The notes: generated by a model not told the origin, from the letters alone. DNA of 64,000 bases from Terriglobia bacterium (GCA_963695545.1 OY968796.1:1696001-1760000); one strand, 5' to 3'; positions 19,272 through 29,307 are shown, counted from the first letter of the stretch. Numbers and translations are program-made.

Positions 19272-20621
19272 TTAGCGCAGTGTTCGGAACGCCGCTCGGA
19301 GCTCTTCAGAAAACAGCTTCGGCTGTTCCCAGGCCGCGAAGTGCCCGCCTACCGGGGGCCGGTTGTAATAAATCAGATGTGGATAGGCTTTCTCTGACCA
19401 GCTCTTCGGGGCTTGGTAAATTTCGTCTGGGAAGGCGCTCACGGCGACCGGGATGGTGACGTTCCTGACGTCGAAAAAGCCGCCCTTATATTCCCAATAG
19501 AGACGAGCCGACGAGACCGCGGTATTCGTAAGCCAGTAGAGCGAGACGTTTTCGAGGATGTCGTCTCGCGTCAGGCCTTCGGTCTGGCCGTCGAAGACGC
19601 GTGCGATCAGCGCGTAACTGGCGGAATCGTGATCCAGGATCCACGCCGCGAGACCCACCGGCGAATCCGCGATTCCGTATAGCGTCTGTGGGCGGTTGGC
19701 CATTTCGATGGCGTAGCCAAGGCCGTGCTTATAGAAAAAGGCCAGCTGGTTGTAAGCGCGCAGTTCGTCGGCTGAGAGATCGGGCGGCGGCGGCGCCCCG
19801 GCAAGCGCCGCCTTGTCGATGTCGGCTGGAACAGTGGCCGCCATGTTGGTATGGATTCCGAGCAATCCCGGAGGCGTCTTTAGAGCCAACAGCTCGGTGA
19901 CACAATTTCCCCAATCGCCGCCTTGGGCAACGTACTTCGAGTAGCCAAGCCGCTTCATCAGTACGATCCAGGCGCTTGCGATGCGGTCGGGGTCCCAGCC
20001 GGTCGCGGTCGGCTTGCCTGAAAATCCGTAGCCCGGCAGTGAAGGGATCACCACGTCGAAAGCATCCGATGCATTCCCGCCATATGCCGTTGGATCCGTC
20101 AGCGGCGCGATGACTTTCATTTGCTCGATGATTGAACCGGGCCAGCCGTGCGTGATGATCACCGGAAGTGCATTCGATTCCTTCGAACGCACATGAATGA
20201 AATGAATGTCCAAACCGTCGATGTTGGTTATGAACATCGGCAGGGCGTTCATCCTGGCCTCCACCTTTCGCCAGTCGTAATCGGTCTCCCAATAGTGCGC
20301 GAGCTTCTGCGTGGTCGCGAGCTGCACGCCTTGCGTCGCATCACTGACCAGTTCCCGCTCAGGCCATCGCGTTGCCGCGACGCGCCGGCGGAGATCGACG
20401 ATCTCCGGCTCCGGTACATGGACGTGGAACGGGCGGATGGTTTCGTCTCCAGCGGCTGCCTGTGGCTCGCTGGAGACGGCGCCAGTGACAGGGGCCTTTG
20501 CATCGGCGGACGGGCGGGTGTGGGCGTGACTAGGGTTGGCGAGCAGCGTGGCTCCAGCGGAAAGGCCTGCCATTTTCAAAAGATGGCGACGTGAAATCCC
20601 AAGCGACTCTGACTGTTTCAC
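19272..20621 (-). CDS. Tat-exported epoxide hydrolase (EHN domain)
   Basis: SRRHLL, IRPFHV..., HGWPGS, GGDWG, GGHFAAWEQP. Confidence 0.92.
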   Translation of the reverse strand: MKQSESLGISRRHLLKMAGLSAGATLLANPSHAHTRPSADAKAPVTGAVSSEPQAAAGDETIRPFHVHVPEPEIVDLRRRVAATRWPERELVSDATQGVQLATTQKLAHYWETDYDWRKVEARMNALPMFITNIDGLDIHFIHVRSKESNALPVIITHGWPGSIIEQMKVIAPLTDPTAYGGNASDAFDVVIPSLPGYGFSGKPTATGWDPDRIASAWIVLMKRLGYSKYVAQGGDWGNCVTELLALKTPPGLLGIHTNMAATVPADIDKAALAGAPPPPDLSADELRAYNQLAFFYKHGLGYAIEMANRPQTLYGIADSPVGLAAWILDHDSASYALIARVFDGQTEGLTRDDILENVSLYWLTNTAVSSARLYWEYKGGFFDVRNVTIPVAVSAFPDEIYQAPKSWSEKAYPHLIYYNRPPVGGHFAAWEQPKLFSEELRAAFRTLR

Positions 20622-20951
20622 CGTTATTCTCCCTTTGAATTGAAATGCTTTCTACGTGATCATGCAGCTCTCCGCAAAACCCCTCTTTGGTCCGATTTCC
20701 TTCATGATTTGTCCGCAAGCAAAGATCTGTCGTCTAAGTGAGGCGCACGTTGGCGGTCTGGACGCATAAAACGTGCTTCACCGTGCCGCAGAACGCCGCG
20801 AGGTCTTACATTATGCTCCCGTGGCAATGCTCCGGCTACGCTCTTTTCGACGCTTCACAAGAATTCCGAGGAAATCTGCGCGAGTGGGGCGGGCACGCGT
20901 GAGCCAGAACTGGGCCGAGACCTGAGTAAAACAATGAAACGTAGGTGCGCG

Positions 20952-23900
20952 CTAGGCGCGAGTGTCAGCGGGGATCGCGGCTTCCACGAGAGGATTCGGC
21001 ATACTCCGCAAGCGGTCGACAAACAAGCGCACAAGCTCGGCGTCGAATTGTGTTCCGGCGCAGCGCTCGAGCTCCGCTATGGCTTCTTCGGGCGCGCGGC
21101 CCTTCTTGTACGTGCGGTCTGAAGTGATCGTGTCGTAGGCATCGGCGATGGCCACGATGCGCGATCCGAGCGGTATTTCCGAGCCGGTGATGCCGTCGGG
21201 ATAGCCGGAGCCGTCGAAATATTCGTGATGGTGGCCGACGATCTTGCGGATGCGCGCGATGGCGCGCAGCGGCTCAAGAATCTTGGACCCAAACAAAACG
21301 TGCTGCTTCATGGTTTCCCACTCTTCGGCGTTGAGTGGGCCGCTCTTGTTCAAAATGTTTTCAGGAATTCCGACTTTGCCGATATCGTGCAGCAGCGCGC
21401 CCAAACGGATTTCCTCGGTTTCGACGTCGGTCATGGCCAGCGCCTCGCAAAGCAGCGCGGCGTAGGCGGCCACTTTCAGGGAGTGGCCTTGCGTGTAGTG
21501 ATCCTTGGCGTCGATCGCGAGAGCCAGAGAGGTCACTGTATCCAGCACGGCCGGCGGTAGCGCCGCCAGACCCTGCGCCTCCGCATCCGCTCCATCGCCG
21601 TTCTGGTGTGGCGCTGCCTCGGCGCCGTTGGGCGCACCGGCAACCAGCGATTGCGAAAAATGATCCAGGCGCTGGCAAATCTCCTCGAAAGCTTCCGGGC
21701 CGGTCGAAAACAAACGCTTGAGGGTGACGCCCAGATAGGCTTCGAGCACGTCGTGCTTCCACTGCCGGGTTTCGTCCGGATTGCAGGAGTCCGCAGTGGA
21801 CACCGTGTTGCCGCCCTGATGCTTCGAGAGATACATCGAAGCGTCGGCGACCTGGATCAGTTCCTGCGGCGTCGAGCCGTGCTGTGGGAAGCTGGCGATG
21901 CCGAAGCTGGCGGTGATGCTCTTTTCGCGCAGCAGCGGATCGGTGCCGATCCACGAGCACAATTTCGTCGAGAGCTGCCGGCCCTGTTCAATGTTCGTTT
22001 CCGGCATCAACACCACGAATTCGTCTCCGCCGTAGCGCGCCACCACGTCCGAGCGCCGGCAATTCTGTTCGAGGATGCTCCCGACGCGCTGCAGCACCAG
22101 GTCGCCTTCCAGGTGGCCGTGGCTGTCATTGACCATCTTGAATCCATCGAGGTCCAGCAGCAGCAGCGAGAACGGCCGCCCCGCGCGCGTAGCGCGCTTC
22201 CATTCGGCGGAGAGCGCCTCCATGAAGAAGCGGTGCGTCTTTACGCCCGTAAGGCCGTCCGTGATGGCTTGCTCTTTCGTCTTCTGGAACGTCACGGCGT
22301 TGTGCAGCGCGCCGGAGATCAGGTCGGCGAGCGTGCGCAGGAAGCGCTGCTCTTCTTCGTCGAATTCGCACGGCTCGCTCGATTCGACGTAAAGCACGCC
22401 GTGAAGTTGGTCGGCGTACGCCAGCGGCAGCGCGATGGCCGATACGGTTCCTTCGAGCACGGTGGTTCCCGGCGCGTCAGGCGCGGCCGCGTCCTTCACC
22501 ACCAACATTTGCCCCGCGCGCGCCACTTGTCCCACCAGACTGCCGTTGAGCGGCAGGCGCATTCCGAGCGCTCCGTGCCGGCGCCCGGCTTCCGCGGATA
22601 TCTGCACTTCGCGCGCCGAATAATCCAACAGGCCGATGCCGATGTGGTCGTAATTCAGGCCGTCTTGCAGCTCGCCGGAAATCTTTGCGAGCACTTCGTC
22701 CAGATTCAGCGTGGTGATGATGTTCTGCGAGATCTGATTCAACAGCGTCAGGTGGCGCGATTTCGATTGCTCTTCACGGAATAGCCGCGCGTTTTCGATG
22801 GCCACCGCTGCCTGGCTGGCCAAGCCGCGCATCAGTTCCAGGTGATCGGCGTCGAACGCGCGCTCTTCCGAGCTCAGCGCGACCATCACCGCGATGGCTC
22901 GCCCGTAGAGCACCAGCGGCGCCCCGCAGTAGCAACCCATTGGGCCGAGCGGCACAAGTCCCAGTCGGCGCACCTCCGCGGCGAAATTCTCGCGGATTAA
23001 TATCGGCTGGCAGGTGCGCAGCATGTATTCCGCCACGTGGTTTCCCGCGGGCCGCGAGCGTTTCGGCAAGCGCTCTCCGTTTGCGATTTCGAGTTCGTAG
23101 CGAATTGCGCCGCGCGGTTCGTCGTACATCGCGATGAAAAAGTCGTCCGCATTCAGCAGGCGCTTCATCTCCGAATAAATTTTTTCAAACAGCGCTTCCG
23201 TGTCCAGTGTCGAGCTCAGCGCCCGGCCGATCTCGTTCAGCGCGCGCAACTCATCGGTACGCCGCGCCGTTTGCTGCACCAGATAACTATTCTCCACCGC
23301 CATCCCGATCTGGTGCCCCAGCGCCAGCAATAGCCGCAGTTCCGGCGGCGTGAAGCGCCGCGTGTCCGGCGTGCTCAGCAGTAGCAACCCGAACGCATTC
23401 GCTTTGGTCTGCAAGCTGATGCCCACCACCGAGCGCACGCCATGCTGCAGCGCCAGTTGCCGGAAGCGCCGGAACGCGTCCTCGCGCTCGAGCGCCGCCC
23501 AGGAAGCGTCGCGCCCCAAATCGCGGAACACCGCGAGCCCGCCCAATCGCGAAACCAGTTCCACCAGCCGGTCGTCGAGCCCGCCCTCTTGCGCCGCCGC
23601 GCAGAACGATTCGCTGAGGCCCGTCGCGATCACCGAAGTCGGCCCATTCGGATCGCCGTGGTGCAGAAAAAATGCGCCGGCCGGAATGCGCGCCACGTTC
23701 AGAATTCGCTCCAGCGCCTGCCCCAGCATTTTCTGAATTTCTCCGCCGGTGAATCCCGACGTCGCCAGATTCAAATTCGAGAGCGCCAGCATGTTCCGTT
23801 CGACGCGCCTCTTTTCTTCCTCGTACGCGGCCATGATCATCAGCACCGCGCCAAACAGTTCCGGAATCAGCTCGAGCAACCGCAGGTCGCGCCCTTCCGG

Positions 23901-24407
23901 CGTTGCCGGCCCGGCCAGGTGCGTGGCCACCAGCATGCCGCCCCACAGCACGAAGGCCAGCGAAAGCAGCAGGTCGCTCATCGTGTCCTGCTCGCGGCTT
24001 TCCCGCCACAGCACCACGCCCACGGCCACGAAGATCACGGCGATTCCGTAAACTGGCGAAATCGCGATGGCTTTTGTTTGGTAGGCAATCACCCACGCCG
24101 CGCACAACGCCGCAGTCGCCAGCAGCGTGCGCGTCCACGGCCGCTGTTTCGCGTAGAGTTGCGCCGCGCAGAAAAACAGCAGCCCCGCGCCCGCCAGCAG
24201 CCATTGGTTAATCGCCGCTTGCCAGGGCGCCACGATCATCCAGGTCTCAAGCGCCGGGCTTAAATCGTGCAGCGCCACGAAGCCCCACGCCCCGGCCCAG
24301 AACAGCAAATATTGCTGCCGCTTCATGTCGTGGATGTAGGAGAACAATCCGGCCGCGAACGCGCCTGTGATGAACAGCCCTATCGCAACGATGGGATCGT
24401 GTGTCAT
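20952..24407 (-). CDS. Membrane sensor with GAF domains, GGDEF diguanylate cyclase and HD-GYP phosphodiesterase
   Basis: About 7 N-terminal TMs, three GAF-like repeats, RRSDVVARYGGDEF (I-site and active site), HDIGK and HHEYFDGSGYP. Confidence 0.93.
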   Translation of the reverse strand: MTHDPIVAIGLFITGAFAAGLFSYIHDMKRQQYLLFWAGAWGFVALHDLSPALETWMIVAPWQAAINQWLLAGAGLLFFCAAQLYAKQRPWTRTLLATAALCAAWVIAYQTKAIAISPVYGIAVIFVAVGVVLWRESREQDTMSDLLLSLAFVLWGGMLVATHLAGPATPEGRDLRLLELIPELFGAVLMIMAAYEEEKRRVERNMLALSNLNLATSGFTGGEIQKMLGQALERILNVARIPAGAFFLHHGDPNGPTSVIATGLSESFCAAAQEGGLDDRLVELVSRLGGLAVFRDLGRDASWAALEREDAFRRFRQLALQHGVRSVVGISLQTKANAFGLLLLSTPDTRRFTPPELRLLLALGHQIGMAVENSYLVQQTARRTDELRALNEIGRALSSTLDTEALFEKIYSEMKRLLNADDFFIAMYDEPRGAIRYELEIANGERLPKRSRPAGNHVAEYMLRTCQPILIRENFAAEVRRLGLVPLGPMGCYCGAPLVLYGRAIAVMVALSSEERAFDADHLELMRGLASQAAVAIENARLFREEQSKSRHLTLLNQISQNIITTLNLDEVLAKISGELQDGLNYDHIGIGLLDYSAREVQISAEAGRRHGALGMRLPLNGSLVGQVARAGQMLVVKDAAAPDAPGTTVLEGTVSAIALPLAYADQLHGVLYVESSEPCEFDEEEQRFLRTLADLISGALHNAVTFQKTKEQAITDGLTGVKTHRFFMEALSAEWKRATRAGRPFSLLLLDLDGFKMVNDSHGHLEGDLVLQRVGSILEQNCRRSDVVARYGGDEFVVLMPETNIEQGRQLSTKLCSWIGTDPLLREKSITASFGIASFPQHGSTPQELIQVADASMYLSKHQGGNTVSTADSCNPDETRQWKHDVLEAYLGVTLKRLFSTGPEAFEEICQRLDHFSQSLVAGAPNGAEAAPHQNGDGADAEAQGLAALPPAVLDTVTSLALAIDAKDHYTQGHSLKVAAYAALLCEALAMTDVETEEIRLGALLHDIGKVGIPENILNKSGPLNAEEWETMKQHVLFGSKILEPLRAIARIRKIVGHHHEYFDGSGYPDGITGSEIPLGSRIVAIADAYDTITSDRTYKKGRAPEEAIAELERCAGTQFDAELVRLFVDRLRSMPNPLVEAAIPADTRA

Positions 24408-24603
24408 CTCAACCGGCAATCCACTTCCTGGCGGGAGCCAGACCAAGCGCACTCTTCCTTACGCCGCCGGAGTACGGGGCGGGGTGCCGTGGACCGGTTT
24501 GCGGTGCGCTCGACATGTACTGTGGTTCGGCAGAGGCTGACAGTCGCGGGGTGCGCTTCTCCCCGCTCAATTCGCCGTGTCAATACTTCTGCACTATCCC
24601 ACG

Positions 24604-24649
24604 ACTATAATCTCCGCATTTTTTGGGGGTCAAGGGTACGGGAGTACCC
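24604..24649 (-). promoter_or_regulatory. Sigma70-like promoter with palindromic operator
   Basis: Minus strand GGGTAC-TCCC-GTACCC directly before TTGACC-N18-TATAGT. Confidence 0.6.
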
Positions 24650-24767
24650 CCTAAGAACATTTGCACAAATTGTCTCAAACGGCACAGACCTCGCCCGGCT
24701 CGCCTTTCGGCAGCCCTTCGGCTAAAATAACTTGCTTCTCACTCGCGCTACAAATTGACCCGAGCCC

Positions 24768-26285
24768 GTGTCCTCTGCCTCCACCATATCATCCGGCATC
24801 CCATCCGCCACGCGAGTGCGTTTCGCTCCGTCGCCTACTGGTTATTTGCATGTAGGCGGCGCTAGAACGGCCCTGTTTAACTGGCTTTTTGCGCGTTCCA
24901 CGGGCGGCGCCTTCATCCTGCGCATCGAGGATACTGACGCCGAACGCAATCGCCCCGAACTGGTCGACGGCATCCTCGACGCACTGAAATGGCTGGAGCT
25001 CGATTGGGATGAAGGCCCCATCCACCAATCGGCGCGCTTCGCCCTTTACGCCGCCGCCGTGGAAAAGCTTCTGGCGTCGGGCGCTGCTTACTACTGCAAT
25101 TGTCCCCCGGAAAAATATGCCGGTGGTGACGCCGCCGAGCCTGGCGATCCTGCCGCGCCAAGCGCCCCGCGCCGCGTGGTGCGCTGCGCATGCCGCGAGC
25201 GGCCCGGCGCCGAATCCCTCGAAAATTCCGCCGTGCGTTTCCGCGTGCCCCTCGGCCAAACCACGCATTTCGACGACGCCGTCTTCGGCCCGCGCGAAGT
25301 CTCCAACGACGAAATCGAAGATTTCGTCCTGCTGCGCTCGCCGCGCCCCGGCCAGCCTCAATGTTTACCGACTTATCAACTCGCCGCCGTCGTTGACGAC
25401 GTCGATATGCGCATCACCCACGTGATCCGCGGCGCTGACCATCTCTCGAACACTCCCAAGCAAGTGCTGCTCTATCGCGCGCTCGGCGCGGCCGTGCCCA
25501 TCTTCGCTCACGTGCCGCTGATTCTCGGACCCGACCGCACGCGTCTCTCGAAGCGCCACGGCGCCACCAGCGTCGGCTCCTATCGCGACGAAGGTTTTCT
25601 CTCCGAAGCCTTCGCCAATTTCCTGGCCCTGCTCGGCTGGTCTCCCGGCGACGATTCCGAATTTCTGCGCACCGCCGATCTGCTCGCCCGTTTTTCACTC
25701 GCGGGCGTCAGCCGCACCAACGCCGTCTTCGATCGCCCCAAGCTTGAATGGTTCAATCAGCAGTATCTGCAAAAATTGCCCATCGAAGAATTGCTGCCCA
25801 TCGTCGAAGCCGAATTGCGGCGTGCTGGAATCTGGCGGGATGAATGGGCCGCCGGCGCCGGCCGCGAATGGTTCGCGCGCGCCGTGGATTTGCTTCGCCC
25901 GCGCACGCGCCTGCTCCCGAATTTTTCCGTCTGGGCCCGCGCGTTTTTCAGCGACGATTTCGAGTTCGATCCCGCCGCCTGCGCGAAATTCTGGAAAGAT
26001 CAGCGCGTCCCCGCCCTGCTCGCGCGCCTGGCCGACGCCCTCGCCGCGCTCCCCGAATGGAACCACGACGCCTGCGACGCCGCTCTCCGCCAACTAGCCG
26101 AATCCGAATCCATAAAAGCCGGCCTCCTGATCAACGCCGCCCGCGTCTCCATCGTCGGCCAAGCCGTCGCCCCCCCGCTCTTCGAGACCATGGTAATAAT
26201 CGGCCAGCCCAAAATAGTAGCCCGCCTGCGCCGTTCGCTCCCCGCTGCGACTGCCTCAGTCGCCGCAGCTGACCAACCGTCCTGA
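24768..26285 (+). CDS. gltX: Glutamate--tRNA ligase
   Basis: RFAPSPTGYLHVGG, LRIEDTD, HVIRGADH, RLSKRHG. Confidence 0.96.
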   Translation: MSSASTISSGIPSATRVRFAPSPTGYLHVGGARTALFNWLFARSTGGAFILRIEDTDAERNRPELVDGILDALKWLELDWDEGPIHQSARFALYAAAVEKLLASGAAYYCNCPPEKYAGGDAAEPGDPAAPSAPRRVVRCACRERPGAESLENSAVRFRVPLGQTTHFDDAVFGPREVSNDEIEDFVLLRSPRPGQPQCLPTYQLAAVVDDVDMRITHVIRGADHLSNTPKQVLLYRALGAAVPIFAHVPLILGPDRTRLSKRHGATSVGSYRDEGFLSEAFANFLALLGWSPGDDSEFLRTADLLARFSLAGVSRTNAVFDRPKLEWFNQQYLQKLPIEELLPIVEAELRRAGIWRDEWAAGAGREWFARAVDLLRPRTRLLPNFSVWARAFFSDDFEFDPAACAKFWKDQRVPALLARLADALAALPEWNHDACDAALRQLAESESIKAGLLINAARVSIVGQAVAPPLFETMVIIGQPKIVARLRRSLPAATASVAAADQPS

Positions 26286-26296
26286 CCCCCAGGTTG

Positions 26297-26560
26297 GTCA
26301 TCCCGAGCGAGCGCAGCGACGAGGGACCTCTCTGTCGATTCTGTTTTTCTCCGTGGCATTTGCAGTTGTTTCGCAGTTGAATCTGTAGCGGCGGAGTTCA
26401 TCTCCGCCCGCTTTCAGCTGTTGCCTTTCCGCATTTCGTAGCGGAGGCCTTCAGGCCCCCATCTGTCACCTTCGCTCTTCTCCGTCGGTCTTGTTTTTCT
26501 CCGTCGCCCCTGCCTTTGCCCTCAACGTTGTCATCCCGACCTAAGCGGAGGGACCTCTCC
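26297..26560. repeat. Cluster of REP-like palindromes
   Basis: GTCATCCCGA...GAGGGACCTCT at 26297 and 26530; GTAGC-stem-TTCA-stem at 26385 and 26438. Confidence 0.8.
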
Positions 26561-26572
26561 GTGGCGTTCGCC

Positions 26573-26902
26573 TTAAACGGTAATCCCTCTCCCCAACTGC
26601 TGCGTCAAAATCCTCCCCATCACTTCCCTCAAATTCTCATCCGTCTTTTCCAGCTTGAACGCCCCGTCCGTCTGCGACCATGCCAGCTTGAAACTCGTAT
26701 CCAGCGCAGAAATCCAAATCTGCCGCGCCGCCGTGTTCGGACTGATCACAAACCGCACTTCCTCCGGCTCCTCAAACAACAACTCGAGCCTCTCCCCGCT
26801 CCCCTCAACCTCAAATCCATGCTCATCCCCCAACTCGAGCAACCGTTTCTTCAGCGTTACCAACTCCGCGTCCGCTTTCCTCCGAAAGTCCTGTTCGTCC
26901 AT
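26573..26902 (-). CDS. cyaY: Frataxin-like iron donor
   Basis: MDEQDFRRKAD, VISPN...RQIWIS motif, acidic, 109 aa. Confidence 0.85.
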   Translation of the reverse strand: MDEQDFRRKADAELVTLKKRLLELGDEHGFEVEGSGERLELLFEEPEEVRFVISPNTAARQIWISALDTSFKLAWSQTDGAFKLEKTDENLREVMGRILTQQLGRGITV

Positions 26903-26995
26903 GCGTCTCTCCCTCTTTTTTTCTGGCGCGCTCGAAGTACAGCCCGCACCCCGCCATTATCGCAGTTTCTTCCGCCCTCGATTGCGCGGCGTTAT

Positions 26996-27382
26996 CTAGG
27001 CGCGCCCAGCGGTTCGATTCCGGCTGGCTCTTCGCGCGATAATTTTTCTCCTCGGGCCCACAGCCGCTTTCTTTTTTTGCAGATAGTGCGTCAGACTCAC
27101 CGTACGGTCCGGCAGCACCGCGTGCACCTCGATCCTGCCGCCCAGGGCCTCGACATAGTCGCCCAGTGTGTGGATCAGCATGTGCGGCCGCTTTTCCAGG
27201 CGCGAGACCGCCGCCTGTGTGGTCTTGAGCTTCCGCGCGAGCGCGACTTGCGTAACCCGCAACGCTTCACGCAGATCGCGCAACTCCATCTCCGCCAGGT
27301 CGCGCATGGCCAGCGCATGCGCACGGGCCTGCTGCCGCTTGGTCATCGTCTGATTCTTAATCTCACGCCAACTCGTTCGCAC
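26996..27382 (-). CDS. XRE-family HTH antitoxin (HigA-like)
   Basis: LRDLREALRVTQVALA..L..TQAAVSRLEK...YVEALGG; follows the toxin gene. Confidence 0.88.
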   Translation of the reverse strand: MRTSWREIKNQTMTKRQQARAHALAMRDLAEMELRDLREALRVTQVALARKLKTTQAAVSRLEKRPHMLIHTLGDYVEALGGRIEVHAVLPDRTVSLTHYLQKKKAAVGPRRKIIARRASRNRTAGRA

Positions 27383-27420
27383 GGTCCCCTCCCAGGGTTC
27401 TTCCCAAAAAGCTGCCACTC

Positions 27421-27777
27421 CTAAATCAATCCCTCTTCTTTCAGTTCTTCGAGATACCGTTCATAAATCTTGTCCGCGGCAATCACGGCCGTCTTGTACC
27501 ACTTCTTATCCGCCTTGCGTCCGCCGAGCAGCAGGATTCCCACTCTCCGGGGATCGAACGCGAAAGGAATCCGGTAGGCGTCGCCCGCGTGCTGCACAAT
27601 CAATTCCTTCATGTTCGGATAGCGCGAGCCCTTGAGTTGGTCCGCATCCGGCCTGCCGAGCCTCGGGCCCACCTGCTCCAGAAGATCGACCTTGCGCGCG
27701 ACCGAGATCCGCTCGGCGCCCCTCAGGCCGCGAAACCATTTCTGGAATTCGTCGCTGCCTTCGATCTCCCATGCCAT
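27421..27777 (-). CDS. RelE/ParE-superfamily toxin (HigB/Gp49-like)
   Basis: EFQKWF, GPRLGRP..D.LKGS..NMKEL, RIPFAFDPRR, ADKIY. Confidence 0.9.
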   Translation of the reverse strand: MAWEIEGSDEFQKWFRGLRGAERISVARKVDLLEQVGPRLGRPDADQLKGSRYPNMKELIVQHAGDAYRIPFAFDPRRVGILLLGGRKADKKWYKTAVIAADKIYERYLEELKEEGLI

Positions 27778-27779
27778 GC

Positions 27780-27813
27780 GTGTAATATTACACTGAGGGC
27801 ATATTCTCGTCAA
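27780..27813 (-). promoter_or_regulatory. TA promoter with palindromic operator
   Basis: TTGACG-N17-TAATAT-N7-ATG; perfect 14-bp palindrome GTGTAATATTACAC over the -10. Confidence 0.75.
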
Positions 27814-27848
27814 GCGCCATCGAGCATGCGACGCGGCAGTGGCCTTAT

Positions 27849-27873
27849 GTGGCGCCAGCCTTCAGGCTGGCCC
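27849..27873 (+). repeat. GTGG-type REP-like palindrome
   Basis: GTGGC GCCAGCC TTCA GGCTGGC. Confidence 0.65.
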
Positions 27874-27910
27874 GCTCCCCTCGGGACGCCCGCCAGCTTT
27901 TTCCGCCCCC

Positions 27911-28249
27911 TGTGGATATCATTTCGAATACTTAAATAGTAATTGACAGTGATTAGCACTTCTGTTAAGCTTCTGCATGTTCGCCCACAATCCATTCGAA
28001 TCGTTGCCCAGCCTCACTTTTCCCGGCCTCGCCCCGGCATTCGCGCGCTCCCGTATGCACACGAAGCCGCTTTTTTCGCCCCAACAAGCTCTTTCGTTTC
28101 AATCGAATCCGCACTCTTTCAAAAGAGTGCGCATCTCATTGAAAAAAGACGATATCAACGTGCCTGTTTTCACACTCATCCGCACTCTTTCCCTGCATTC
28201 CCTTTGCAATCATCATTTTACGTATTTGGTACGGGGGGTATATAGGGGT
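27911..28249 (+). repeat. Dispersed promoter-bearing element, copy 2
   Basis: TGTGGATA..TTTCGAATACTT..TTGACA-N17-TAAGCT-N5-ATGTTCGCCC; alignable with 34821-35204. Confidence 0.9.
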
Positions 28250-28386
28250 CGCTCTCGATCCGCTTCTATCTTAAAGGCCGGAGCCTGTCCCGACCCTGTC
28301 GGGAAGCCTCCATCTTTGCCTCTGCATGCTACAATTCGCGCGCCGGGAAAACCATTTGGCAGGTTCCTCGCGTGGAGTATTCCGAC

Positions 28387-29307
28387 ATGATGAAGAAGAA
28401 CACGAAATCGTTTCTGCTCATCGCATCGCTCGCATTCGTCGCGTTGGCAGCGTCGCTGGCGGCGCGCGCTGTGGCGCAGACGGCGCCTGCTGCGACGACC
28501 TCAGATCAGGCGGCGCCGTCAACGCCGATCGCCGTCAAGTACGCGCCGCCATCGCAATCGGCCGTGCTCGGCACCACGTTTGTCGATTGGGACGCGCTCA
28601 CGGTGCGCACCACCGCGAATGGCGAACAGCGCGCGGTGTTTGATAATCCCACGCCGACGCTCGAAAAACTCGAGGTTCACATTTCCACGCTAAATCCCGG
28701 CAAGATGTCGCATCCGCCGCACCAGCATCCTTGGGAAGAAATTCTCCTGGTCAAGGACGGCGAGATGGACGCCTCGATCAACGGCGTCACACATCACGCC
28801 GGCCCCGGCGCGCTGATTTTTTTCGCTTCGCACGACGTGCACAACGCGCAAAACAACGGCACCGCACCCGCCACCTACTACGTGATCAATTTCGTCACCG
28901 ACCTGGTGCACACCGTTGCCGATAAACCGGCCGCCGAACAAGCCGTCGCGGGAATGCTGCCTTCCTCGGTGCTTGACTGCAACAGCATGCCCGCCGTCGC
29001 GACAGCGACCGGTTCGCGCGCGAGCTGCGTCGATTCCCCGACGCTCACCTTCGCGCGCCTTGAGAGCCACATCACCACGCTCAACGTCGGCGCAAGCACC
29101 ATGCCCGACATCGTCGATCCGGGCGATGAACTCTTCATCGTGAAATCCGGCGCGATCGAAGCGCGCATCAACGGCGTCGCCGCGCGCATCTCCGCCGGCT
29201 CGTTCTTCTATTGCGCGCCGAATGATAAGCGCACGTTCCGAAATATCGGCGCGACGCCCGCGGTCTACCAGGTCATAAAAGTGATGTCGGATAAATCGCC
29301 CAAGTGA
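28387..29307 (+). CDS. Secreted bicupin-domain protein
   Basis: Signal peptide; cupin 1 with HPPHQH..EE...H; cupin 2 has lost its His ligands. Confidence 0.85.
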   Translation: MMKKNTKSFLLIASLAFVALAASLAARAVAQTAPAATTSDQAAPSTPIAVKYAPPSQSAVLGTTFVDWDALTVRTTANGEQRAVFDNPTPTLEKLEVHISTLNPGKMSHPPHQHPWEEILLVKDGEMDASINGVTHHAGPGALIFFASHDVHNAQNNGTAPATYYVINFVTDLVHTVADKPAAEQAVAGMLPSSVLDCNSMPAVATATGSRASCVDSPTLTFARLESHITTLNVGASTMPDIVDPGDELFIVKSGAIEARINGVAARISAGSFFYCAPNDKRTFRNIGATPAVYQVIKVMSDKSPK

